This document shows, one piece after another, positions 31,801 through 39,147 of a DNA stretch of 55,022 bases. Numbering within the stretch: the stretch's first letter is position 1; each line of letters begins with the position of its first letter. The position numbers were made by a program, and so were the translations under genes. The notes below the pieces were generated by a model. That model was not told the origin of the DNA. It made no database searches and saw nothing but the letters and a program-made list of their open reading frames with translations. Source of the DNA: Bacteroidales bacterium (GTDB lineage: Bacteria > Bacteroidota > Bacteroidia > Bacteroidales > M50B96); NCBI GenBank assembly GCA_021739985.1, contig JAIPAR010000002.1, positions 1 through 55,022 on the forward strand, written 5' to 3'.

Positions 31801-34800
31801 CAGTTACTCATTCTTATATATTAACTGCTCCACTCTTTATGGCAACCTCTACGCAGGCCACAATGGTTAGTTGTTTTGGTGGCTCAAACGGAGCAATTAA
31901 TCTAAATGTACTTGGAGGAGTTTCTCCGTATGCATTTGTTTGGTCATCTGGCCAGCTTAGTGAGGATCTTACAGGTATAACTGCAGGAACCTATACCGTT
32001 ACCATATCTGATGATAATGGTTGTACAACCACAAAATCTGCTACTATTACTCAACCATCTCAATTAGTGACCAATGCAACAGTAAGTAGTAATTGGCACG
32101 GAGCGGATGTTTCGTGTCCAGGCAGTGCTGATGGTTCTGCAACAGTAAGCGTAAGCGGTGGAACTAGTCCTTACTCATACCTTTGGACTACAGAGGGAGG
32201 AGGAATCACACCAACAGTTAATGCATTGGGAGCTGGAACTTATTCGGTTACTGTAACGGATACAAAAGGTTGTACCTCTGTATCAACAGTTACATTAGTT
32301 GACCCTACTCCAGTTACTGCTACAGCTAGTGCAACAAGTTCTTATGGGCCAATGGCTTACAATGTATCTTGTTTTGGAGGGAATAATGGTTCAGCTACTG
32401 TTCTTGCAAATGGAGGTACCTCACCATACACATACGAATGGTCACAGCCAAGTGGTAATTTAGCAACAGTAAATACTTTAACAGCAGGATTAAAAACCAT
32501 CACGGTTACAGATGCTAATGGTTGTGATGTGACAACCACTGTTACACTTACTGAACCTAGCGCATTGGTTGCGGATATTAATGTTGTAAATACTATTTCT
32601 TGTACGAATGATCATGATGGCTCACTTACAGTGCTTGCATCTGGTGGAGTAGGAGTTTATTCATACCTTTGGAGTTCTGCTTTAGGTACAAGTTCTACTA
32701 TATCTGGACTTGGTGCGGGGAGTTATTCAGTAACTGTTAGTGACGAAAATGCTTGTACAGTTATAGATTCATATACATTGACAAATCCAGCACCTGTTGT
32801 TGCTGACTTAGTAATTACATCAAACTATAATGGATACTCAGTTAGTTGTAATGGCTCAACCGATGGTTCTTTACAAATAAATGCGAGCGGTGGAACAGGT
32901 ACTTATAGTTACCATTGGAATCATGATGCTGCTAATAACACCAATATTGCAGTTGGCGTACCCGCTTTAGCTTATATTGTAACTGTAACTGATAGCAAAG
33001 GCTGTACTGCCTCTGATTTTGTTCTAATGACTCAACCTGATGCTCTTGCATCTGTTGGTACACTTTCAAACTATAATGGATCAGGTGTTTCTTGCTTTGG
33101 TTCAAATGATGGTGAGATTAGTGTAGTAACTTCGGGTGGGGTTGGTGCATTAACTCTCAATTGGAGTAACGCATTAGGCAATTCTTCATCGGTAACCGGA
33201 TTATTTGCTGGAACTTATACTTTAAGTGTTTCCGATATCAATAATTGTGTGTCTAGTTTTGATTATATCCTTACTGAACCAGTTGCTTTATCAGCAGTTT
33301 TCACATCCTCAGATTTCAATGGATTTGATGTTAGTTGTAATGGTGCTTCCGATGGCATTCTTACGGTTGCTGGGGTTGAAGGTACCAGTCCTTATACCTA
33401 TGTTTGGGGTGATGGTTCAACCGATGCTACAATTTCAGATTTGACTGCAGGCATCTATTACGTAACTGTTACTGACGAGAACGATTGTACATTTGCTACA
33501 TCTTTCACTCTTATTCAACCAGAAGTATTTGCAGTAGCAAGTGTTTTCGCTACCTCTAACTATGATGGATATAATGTATCCTGTAGTGGCAATACTGATG
33601 GCGCTGCAAGTCTTACATTGAGCAATGGCATTGAACCATTCATTTACGAATGGTCAAATGGAGAAGTAGGCAGTTCACCGATTGAATTAGCTGGTGGTTT
33701 ATCAAGTGTTACGGTAACGGATGCAAATAATTGTGAAGCTATTGGACAGGTTATTCTGACTGCTCCAGTCGTATTTACAGCAAGTGCTGTAGTTACAAGC
33801 AATTATAATGGTTTAGATGTTACTTGTAACGGTTCAACCAATGGAGTAATTGAAGCTATGCCGGGAACTGGTTTTGCACCATTTACTTATATATGGTCAA
33901 CTGGTGCAACAACCAAAGTTGTTAGCAATCTTGGCGCAGGCACTTATTTTGTCACCGTTACTGATAACCATGGTTGCGAAACAACCAGTTCAGTACAAGT
34001 TACAGATGCTGCACCTATTTCTTACACATTTGTTCAGGAGAATGTAGATTGTCATGGCAATAATAATGGAAGCGTTGATATAACGGTAAATGGAGGTACT
34101 AGTGGAAACTATATGTATTTCTGGAGTAATTCAACCAATGGGGAAGATGTAAATAATCTGGCTCCTGGTATGTACTACTTCCTCGTTATTGATATGAATT
34201 GGTGTCACAAGGTTTCAGAAATCTTCATGATTACAGAACCGGACCAGTTATTGGTTGATGCTCAGGTTACATCCGATTATAATGGATTTGGAGTAAGCTG
34301 TAATGGATCTGCTAATGGTGAAATTGAAGCTACAGTTACCGGTGGGGTTCAGCCTTATACTTATAGCTGGAATGGAAATGTATCAGGTGCTACTTTAAGC
34401 TCAGCTACTGCTGGCAATTATAATGTCCTCGTTACAGATGCAAATAATTGCGTTGCTAGTGCTTCTGCGATTGTAACAACTCCAGACCCAATTGTTGTCG
34501 ATATTATTGCTTCAAATTATCATGGCTTTAATGTAAGTTGCAATGGTGCTGCCGATGGTATCGTTACCGCAAGTGTATTAAGTGGTGGTGTTAATCCATT
34601 TACATATTCCTGGTCTGGTGGTTATTCAACTTCACAAGTTGGAAATCTACCTGTAGGAAATTATGTAGTAGTTGTTACAGATGCTAGCGGATGTACAGGA
34701 ACTGCCAATATTACTTTAACAGAACCTGCAAGTCTTAATGTAGCCTTATCATCATTAGCCAGTTATGGTGGGTTTGATGTTAGCTGCTCGAATGGTGCAG

Positions 34801-37800
34801 ATGGAGAGGTTGGTACTGTTGTTAATGGTGGCGTTGGGCCATACACTTATACCTGGAATACAGGAGCTGTTACTTCCACTGTTAGTGGATTATCAGCTGG
34901 AATGGCTAGTGTAACAGTTAGCGATGTGAATGGTTGCTTAACTACTGGTTCAATTATCTTGACTTCCCCGACATTGCTCGAAGCCGAAATTTCGGTTAGT
35001 CAGGAAATCACTTGTTTTGGAGCATCAGATGGCGCATTAACAGTTGCTGTTAACGGTGGTTTTGCCGGATATACCTATATGTGGTCAACAGGTGCCGTTG
35101 GATCAATGATTTCTAATGTTCCTGCAGGCTTATATTCTGTAACTGTTACCGATGCATTAGGATGTAATACTGTTGCAGAATTTGAATTCACTTCAGTAGC
35201 ACCTATGATTATGACTGTAGATGTTACCAATATTACCTGTAATGGATTAACAAATGGAAGTGCAACCGCTAATGTAACTGGTGGAACCGCTCCTTATTCG
35301 TTCTACTGGAATAATGGTTCAACTAATTCAACTTTAACAAACCTAAGTGCTGGTTTATATTATGGATTTGCACTTGATGTTAATAATTGTGCTACTAATT
35401 TTGTTCCATTTATGGTTTACTCGCCGGCTAGTTTAAGTCTAACTGCTAACGTCTCCAATGTAAGTTGCAATGGAAATAACGATGGTACAATCGATTTAAC
35501 GGTAAACGGGGGAACAGAGCCATTTACTTATAACTGGTCAAATGGAGCAAATACTCAGAACTTAACAGGATTAGACGGTGGTGATTTCACGGTTACTGTT
35601 ACAGATGGTGGAAATTGCGAAACCATTAGTACATTTACTGTACTTGAAGGTGATGCCTTTGTTGTAAATGTTGTTTCAACTGATGCAGATTGCCAGAATG
35701 GTGGTTTTGGTTCAGTAGATATGACGATAACAGGTGGTGTTCAACCCTATACTGTCACCTGGTCAACCGGTGAAAATACTGAAGATTTGGCTGGATTAAG
35801 TGCAGGAACCTATACAGTTACTGTACTGGATGCAGGTGCTTGTAGTTTTACCCATACGATTTCTATCGCAAATGTTAGTCCAATCACCGTTAGTGCAATT
35901 GGAACAGATGTAAATTGCTACGGAGGAAACGATGGGGCAATTGATCTTACTGTTGGCGGAGGAAGCGGAAACTATTATTATAATTGGGTTGGACCAAATT
36001 ACGGCGTATCAACTCCATTTACATGGGATTGGTTTAATACAGGCGCAAATCATACGATTTTAGTGCCTCCGACTTTAGATGTTAATCTGAATGGAAGCCA
36101 AATTGCAGTAGGCGATATCATTGGTGTATTCTATGATAACAATGGTGTTCTTGTATGCGGTGGATATGCTGAATGGACTGGAGATGTTACTTCAATTGCT
36201 GCATGGGGAGCCGAAACAGGGCTTGATAATGGATTCCAGGATGGAGAAGCCTATACCGTCAAAGTATGGCAAGCTGCTACTGGATTAACCTATGATGTTA
36301 CTGCGGTATTTGATTTAGCTTTCCCCAATGGCGCTACGTATGCGTTAAATGGAATGTCAGGATTTGAATCATTAAGTGCTGCGATTCCTTCTGATTTAAG
36401 CAACCTTACTGCTGGAACTTACTCAGTTATTGTTTCTGATTCTCAGGGATGTACAGGTACAGCAACAGCAATTGTGGAGCAACCCGACCAATTAAATATA
36501 GCAGTTAGTTCAACTGATATTTCCTGTATGAATTCAGTAGATGGAACGGTCTCAGCTATTGTTAATGGCGGAACAGGTTCATATTCCTACAACTGGAGTA
36601 ATGGTGGTACGGATGCTAGTCTTGTCGGTTTGAGTTCAGGAACTTATGATTTAACAGTAATGGATGCAAATATGTGTTCCATGGTTACTTCAGTTGAAGT
36701 TAATGCGCCCGCATTCTTTATGGCAGGAATGACTATTAATCCAACCTATGTTGGTGGCAACAACGGGGAAATTGATCTGGTTGTAACAGGTGATAACGGA
36801 CCATTTACTTATTTGTGGAGCAATAATGCTACTTCGCAAGATTTGACAGGTTTAACAGAAGGAACTTATGCTGTTACAGTTTATGTTGGAGCATGTAGTT
36901 ACACTGCTGAATATATTCTGCTTTCAGGTGAAACACCAGATGCTCTCATTGTAAGTGCTTCTGATGTAAGTCAGGTTACTTGTACGGGAGGCTCAAATGG
37001 TGCCATTGATATCAGTGTGTCTGGTGGTGTTCAGCCATATAGCTATAACTGGAGTAATGGTTCTCAATCACAGGATCTTAGTGGTTTAACTGCAGGAACC
37101 TATGTTGTTACTATAACTGACGCTGCTCCAATTATGAGTACAGTTGTTGAAACATATATCATTTCAGAACCTGTTTCTTTGATGACCATGACTTATGTGA
37201 CGGATGAAGCAACATCTTGCTTAAATGATGGTTCGATTGACATTACAGTTGAAGGCGGAACATCTCCATATGTATTTAATTGGAGTAATGGAAACACAAA
37301 TGAAGATTTGTTAGCTGCCGGTGGAGGTCTGTATTTCGTTGAAATTACAGACGCTAATGGTTGTACATATCAATCTGCATCGATAGGTATTGTTTCTTTC
37401 GAAATGGATCTTAGTATTTCAATTACACCCAATACTTGCAATGGTGGTAGCGAAGCAACGGTATCAGTAATTGTAAATAATCAACTTCCTCAATCTTTCT
37501 TATGGTCAAATAATGCAACGCTTGATTATGTTGAAAACCTGACAGCAGGTACATATCAAGTTACTGTTACTGACTATTATGGATGTAGTGTAGTAGAAAG
37601 CGTCGTTGTTACTGATCCTAATCCGATAGTTGTGTCTATTGCAACTGGTAGTATTGGTTTTACAGCCACTGTAGTTAGTGGTGCAACAGGACCAGTAAGC
37701 TATATGTGGAGTAATGGTAAACCTTATCAAAGTATTAAAAACCTGGTTTCAGGAACAACATACTGCGTAACGGTTACTGATGCAAATGGTTGTACAGGTA

Positions 37801-38138
37801 CAGCTTGTGCTGTTTGGGGAGCTGCTTCAATGCCTATGGCTAGTAGTTTAACTAAAGATGAAATCGTTGCAAGTTTAACTGAGGGTGATTTCAATCTATA
37901 CCCAAATCCAACTCAAGATGGTAATATTACTATTGGCTTGCCAGCCGTTGAGTTAGATAACATGTTACTTGAGGTATATGATAATACTGGTCGATTATTA
38001 TTTGTTGAGAATTATTCTCACTTATATGATTCGAATGTAAGCTTATCTCTGAATATTAGGGATGCTGGTATTTACCATGTACGAATGATTCTGAATAATA
38101 GTCATGCGATTAACAAACGGATGATTGTAGTCAGATAG
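22884..38138 (+). CDS. Giant T9SS-secreted multidomain adhesin-like protein (5084 aa)
   Basis: Signal peptide SFG|Q; 8 jelly-roll-like (MAM/cleaved-adhesin-like) domains alternating with 8 CARDB-like domains; 3 short Ig/PKD-like units; about 30 SprB repeats; type-A-like CTD LYPNPTQDG..GIYHV..KRMIVVR. Confidence 0.9.
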   Translation: MKKYYILLSLFISVALSSFGQQVLLQENFNSAAAIPAGWETILNDGTGNPSEWEVGSNLSSASFVIPANDGNYAVSNDNACSCSLLADKIITPSINFTGVTGAFLRFKSFLPSQLYPSDSKGFIFLVDAGNNFIFVDEINTNVSWTTTEIPLTAANGNMRIAFVHSDSLALADFGGWAIDDVQVLVPYSHDLTITSLISPVSGCMTNSEALAISIKNVGTQIANNFSVNYILNGGTPVNHNFTNLGLASGQVHNYTFLDPVNLNGGAANNIVVSVVWANDLNVSNNSLSSIVSRDSTLTVGTIETFNGNTSYMYDVEANAKATASLSNSQAVLGGINAPGWTGGVGNTTAANAWNDNSAFHSSVVLACNGGQVPQINKSLELSFDLRQETGSSVLYNWFGVFVNNVQIADQNGVLNFNPLTQNADIFVTRTFNLSAFKNTAFTLELRASTKNSTDKVFIDNIIVNERNEFDAGVVSILSPESNCGLTATQNLQLTIKNYGLTSLINVPIYYQVDNGTAQLAGIYAGPLAIGATSSTITFNNLPMSALANAGSHTLKVYTFVSGDNLNSSNDYQIINLINQPEIAIFPYEEDFEGNSNWSFSGTNSSWEIGIPAGVEITPTVAGSKALITNADGNYNYNEVSYATSPCFDFTSLSNAYIEFSLNVHSDPEDDGAQIQYSINNGAWTLLGTVPAPPNPTNWYFDNVTSLGNTGGWSAETNEWITASYDLGNAPFANAANVRFRVKFASDNDNTGPLGNVDYDGIAIDNIYIGESQANFDLKANGITAPSSGSNLSNSESISVLVTNTGLQAITSFNVSYQVNALPVVTETFNQAIASGASATVTFSTGADFSTVGTYTITATVDLAADGNVTNNSTSSTIINELLVNTYPYTENFDGLNHQWVSGGVFSSWQLVVPTGTSVVGDPLTSPATDLVWVTNANAGGYYNSENSYVQSPEFDFTNLIEPAVSMRISYNTEPDSDGARLEISTDGGITFSAVGVLATPPNVENWYVNPVDAFGGAAGWTGTRSWVNATQDLTAFAGQASVIFRVYFKADANVSDEGFAFDDFSVIEAAPHDLAVTAWTTQPTGCGLTNAEAITITVQNNGVFAETEFDATYTIDLDGNLVTVTETVSGINLAPNTSMNYTFQQLANFDATGSYVCSATVTIPNDASAGNNTVNEIINSFDVISTFPAVYTFETSDGGWFTGGTNSSFELGVPAAGNTVINAAAEGAKAWVSNLDGSHNASENSYLESQCYNFSGILVPAISFDYIINTEIFNGTIAFDGARLEVSIDGGTTWSVVGNVNDTTNWYNYATISNFNETQGWAGTTASWTHTTYQLDNLANAPSVKFRFAFKTDGFNTSLYEGFGVDNIRIFNDMPNDVAVTAIASLDNCEFINDVDVTITVKNFAVGYTHMAGTQIPVSFTFDGNTYNENLTLAANLAPGETVNYTFTATIDIPAANSYAISATTNLQFDLDGANDEFTTSFNSYATPILSETITNVTCFGLMDGSIALANNPGFTYLWSVNANSAITEGVSNLAAGSYFVTITSGNNCVLEAGPILVTEPTELTASGVYTNATCNGASDGSIDVTINGGTLPYSAIWNAGAYTSEDLSGIGAGVYTLVISDDNSCTETLSFTLIDATSLPLTEAFEGLALPAGWARSQHASSVGWEFGTNINHATLPFFAIPAHTGYAAANDNKNDDFSAALNLATEDRLITPRLDLSGYTHVNLQFDAFFEGFSDIATFEVTMNGGTSWNTVWTLTSNSAWQEDLSINLDAFIDHCDVQFAFKYNDGGEWGNGFAIDNVSIVGTVQPQFDLAATAIIAPAGNSCTFTANEPVTVSVSNLGTDLASGASLALEVNGQTLATEVLPNINSGATINYTFLTGFNFDAAGSYAITASIVWVNDLEAGNNTVSGSLVSYPTISSFPYMEDFNDGDFDAFAVSNGAEASASFAGGALVFAGGNPLIGWTGGASATALNAWNDNTLHQAAGTSYCTIDATNMSSLELLVDVKQVFASSPTNSWFRVLVNGAAVTGNYNPITANDSYQTITVDLDAYLAAPFTLEFQTANNTANDKVYLENILIREKQADIALTGISIGNPVCSFTANETVSVTLVNEGGLPLTGFDLALAVNGFTVATETYLGTIAVGASATYNFTDVDLSSLGQIELVATATLAGDIDNLNNFSNLSIYNTPVYSSYPFIENELNFENYWLAGGTNSSWIFTNGVWETGAGALSYNNNESSAITSPCFDFTNLTDPVVQFDLSYVTENNVDFLKFEYSVNGGAWTTLTNALGATNWTISSGTFALQTLTANTGLGGNSSVKFRVSINSDEADTYTGISFSNFRIFDMPDLTITSITPATVCSDADFNVSMTVKNAGDQLLASGTSLTLAYTINAQTTTETFTLGSDLAAGASTLFVFTNSSVITNVNPYAISAIVTTNFDYNTANNTFNGSVDVIPAPVIGAATNIGLCEGNSITLTATGGVTYVWSGGVVQGVPFFPTQTTTYTVTVTNALGCQATSEVLVEVHPLPVASAGPEQFVCSGSTAVVTATGGTNYQWINGGNTASFSYVVNSTETFSVIVSDANGCSDYAVVTVNELDLPIATVSLDETICLGEEATLIAGGGNSYTWSSGDNTGTALVSPLVTTTYTVTVYSLEMCEDIETVDITVINPPVITVADVAGNHCYQGTEGSIDLTVTGSAPITYTWENNVSTTSSVDNLPAGNYTVTIQDSYGTQCQIVATYTITQPNGAVVATIIDNSGNTGYGIGCNGGNDGSLIAFGMNGTAPFDYVWNNSVNTAINPGLEAGSYTVTVTDFYGCTATSSYMVTEPDAISSTINVTDVTCNGAQNGVISVSTLGGVQPYTYTWGPSNTITATGTLSNLSGGAYTVLVTDANGCTWTGATNVFEPTALSYNTVLQSSYNGYGISCPGGNNGYIEVEGIGGNGNYSFNWSQGATSASLTNLTAGTYTVTITDAKDCSVTHSYILTAPLFMATSTQATMVSCFGGSNGAINLNVLGGVSPYAFVWSSGQLSEDLTGITAGTYTVTISDDNGCTTTKSATITQPSQLVTNATVSSNWHGADVSCPGSADGSATVSVSGGTSPYSYLWTTEGGGITPTVNALGAGTYSVTVTDTKGCTSVSTVTLVDPTPVTATASATSSYGPMAYNVSCFGGNNGSATVLANGGTSPYTYEWSQPSGNLATVNTLTAGLKTITVTDANGCDVTTTVTLTEPSALVADINVVNTISCTNDHDGSLTVLASGGVGVYSYLWSSALGTSSTISGLGAGSYSVTVSDENACTVIDSYTLTNPAPVVADLVITSNYNGYSVSCNGSTDGSLQINASGGTGTYSYHWNHDAANNTNIAVGVPALAYIVTVTDSKGCTASDFVLMTQPDALASVGTLSNYNGSGVSCFGSNDGEISVVTSGGVGALTLNWSNALGNSSSVTGLFAGTYTLSVSDINNCVSSFDYILTEPVALSAVFTSSDFNGFDVSCNGASDGILTVAGVEGTSPYTYVWGDGSTDATISDLTAGIYYVTVTDENDCTFATSFTLIQPEVFAVASVFATSNYDGYNVSCSGNTDGAASLTLSNGIEPFIYEWSNGEVGSSPIELAGGLSSVTVTDANNCEAIGQVILTAPVVFTASAVVTSNYNGLDVTCNGSTNGVIEAMPGTGFAPFTYIWSTGATTKVVSNLGAGTYFVTVTDNHGCETTSSVQVTDAAPISYTFVQENVDCHGNNNGSVDITVNGGTSGNYMYFWSNSTNGEDVNNLAPGMYYFLVIDMNWCHKVSEIFMITEPDQLLVDAQVTSDYNGFGVSCNGSANGEIEATVTGGVQPYTYSWNGNVSGATLSSATAGNYNVLVTDANNCVASASAIVTTPDPIVVDIIASNYHGFNVSCNGAADGIVTASVLSGGVNPFTYSWSGGYSTSQVGNLPVGNYVVVVTDASGCTGTANITLTEPASLNVALSSLASYGGFDVSCSNGADGEVGTVVNGGVGPYTYTWNTGAVTSTVSGLSAGMASVTVSDVNGCLTTGSIILTSPTLLEAEISVSQEITCFGASDGALTVAVNGGFAGYTYMWSTGAVGSMISNVPAGLYSVTVTDALGCNTVAEFEFTSVAPMIMTVDVTNITCNGLTNGSATANVTGGTAPYSFYWNNGSTNSTLTNLSAGLYYGFALDVNNCATNFVPFMVYSPASLSLTANVSNVSCNGNNDGTIDLTVNGGTEPFTYNWSNGANTQNLTGLDGGDFTVTVTDGGNCETISTFTVLEGDAFVVNVVSTDADCQNGGFGSVDMTITGGVQPYTVTWSTGENTEDLAGLSAGTYTVTVLDAGACSFTHTISIANVSPITVSAIGTDVNCYGGNDGAIDLTVGGGSGNYYYNWVGPNYGVSTPFTWDWFNTGANHTILVPPTLDVNLNGSQIAVGDIIGVFYDNNGVLVCGGYAEWTGDVTSIAAWGAETGLDNGFQDGEAYTVKVWQAATGLTYDVTAVFDLAFPNGATYALNGMSGFESLSAAIPSDLSNLTAGTYSVIVSDSQGCTGTATAIVEQPDQLNIAVSSTDISCMNSVDGTVSAIVNGGTGSYSYNWSNGGTDASLVGLSSGTYDLTVMDANMCSMVTSVEVNAPAFFMAGMTINPTYVGGNNGEIDLVVTGDNGPFTYLWSNNATSQDLTGLTEGTYAVTVYVGACSYTAEYILLSGETPDALIVSASDVSQVTCTGGSNGAIDISVSGGVQPYSYNWSNGSQSQDLSGLTAGTYVVTITDAAPIMSTVVETYIISEPVSLMTMTYVTDEATSCLNDGSIDITVEGGTSPYVFNWSNGNTNEDLLAAGGGLYFVEITDANGCTYQSASIGIVSFEMDLSISITPNTCNGGSEATVSVIVNNQLPQSFLWSNNATLDYVENLTAGTYQVTVTDYYGCSVVESVVVTDPNPIVVSIATGSIGFTATVVSGATGPVSYMWSNGKPYQSIKNLVSGTTYCVTVTDANGCTGTACAVWGAASMPMASSLTKDEIVASLTEGDFNLYPNPTQDGNITIGLPAVELDNMLLEVYDNTGRLLFVENYSHLYDSNVSLSLNIRDAGIYHVRMILNNSHAINKRMIVVR

Positions 38139-38142
38139 ATGC

Positions 38143-38184
38143 AAAAAAAAGAAAGGCTGTCTCGTGGAGGCAGCCTTTTTTTTT
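38143..38184. terminator. Bidirectional intrinsic terminator
   Basis: A run, then AAAGGCTGTCTC-GTG-GAGGCAGCCTTT, then T run; lies between convergent genes. Confidence 0.85.
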
Positions 38185-38225
38185 GAGTATAATCCAAACT
38201 CATTTGGATTATACTCAATTTTTTT
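38183..38225 (+). terminator. Second hairpin (16-bp perfect inverted repeat) with T tail
   Basis: TTGAGTATAATCCAAA-CTCA-TTTGGATTATACTCAA followed by TTTTTTT. Confidence 0.65.
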
Positions 38226-38240
38226 AAGAACAGGTTGTGA

Positions 38241-39023
38241 TTAATCTAAGAGTTGAAAGGAATCAGCATCCATCCATGCAGGAAATTTTGCTCGAAAATC
38301 TTGAAGCATGGCGCCATCAAGTTCTATGGTTTCAACAAATTCTTCTGATTTGGTATGTGTTGAAATGATTTCACCTCGAGGATTTACAACTGCAGAGTTC
38401 CCCGTGTACTTTAAACCTTGTCCATCAGTTCCTATGCGATTTACACCAATTACATAAGCTTGATTCTCCAAGGCTCTTGCCTGTAGCAGAATCGTCCAGG
38501 CCGCAGCCCGTGAAGCCGGCCAATTGGCAACATAGACTAACACATCGTAATTATTGGTATTTCTGGCCCAAACCGGAAATCTTAAGTCGTAGCAAATTAA
38601 CGCTTTCATATGCCAATTCCCTATGTTGAATATAGGGGATTTCCTTCCTGGCAGAAAGTGCAGATTTTCATCAGACATTCTGAATAGGTGTTTTTTATCG
38701 TAATATCCTTCTACCTTGGCACCAGAGCTTAAAATAAAGCGATTATAGCAGCCTTCGGGTTCATGAATGATTAAGGAGCCACATACATAAGCTTGCTTGG
38801 TATTTGCCAGCTTTTGCATCCATTTAAGGATAGGCCCGTCCATAGTTGTTGCATTTTCTTTAGCTGACATTGTAAAGCCTGTTGTAAACATTTCGGGCAG
38901 GACAATGAGGTTCGTTGATCCGGGAGCAATTGAGGTGAGTATATTTTCCAGGTGCAGGAGATTTTGATCAGGATTTTGCCAGATGATATCCTGTTGAACG
39001 ATAGTAACTTTCAGATTTTCCAT
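38241..39023 (-). CDS. Nitrilase-family amidohydrolase (YafV/omega-amidase-like)
   Basis: Catalytic E-K-C motifs: LPEMF, YDKKHLF, ICYDLRFP; also ANWP and ARALENQ. Confidence 0.92.
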   Translation of the reverse strand: MENLKVTIVQQDIIWQNPDQNLLHLENILTSIAPGSTNLIVLPEMFTTGFTMSAKENATTMDGPILKWMQKLANTKQAYVCGSLIIHEPEGCYNRFILSSGAKVEGYYDKKHLFRMSDENLHFLPGRKSPIFNIGNWHMKALICYDLRFPVWARNTNNYDVLVYVANWPASRAAAWTILLQARALENQAYVIGVNRIGTDGQGLKYTGNSAVVNPRGEIISTHTKSEEFVETIELDGAMLQDFRAKFPAWMDADSFQLLD

Positions 39024-39098
39024 ACATATCAGTTTAATTTCAAGCCAAAAAGGATTTCAAAGATAATAAAGACATGGTTTATCTTATGGATAAGGAAT

Positions 39099-39127
39099 AA
39101 AAAAGGCTGCCCAACGGACAGCCTTTT
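39099..39127 (-). terminator. Terminator after icd
   Basis: AAAAAAGGCTGCCC-AAC-GGACAGCCTTTT. Confidence 0.75.
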
Positions 39128-39147
39128 GGAGCGAATAAATGCATGAA

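Noticed and set aside
16000-37730. Many 60-100 aa alternative-frame and antisense ORFs within the giant genes
   Set aside because: Expected by-products of biased codon usage in long repetitive genes; no independent coding signal.
14087-38138. Giant genes as a mobile island, diversity-generating retroelement target or contact-dependent toxin
   Set aside because: No integrase, transposase or reverse transcriptase; no near-identical template/variable repeat pair seen; no RHS/YD core, toxin tip or immunity gene.
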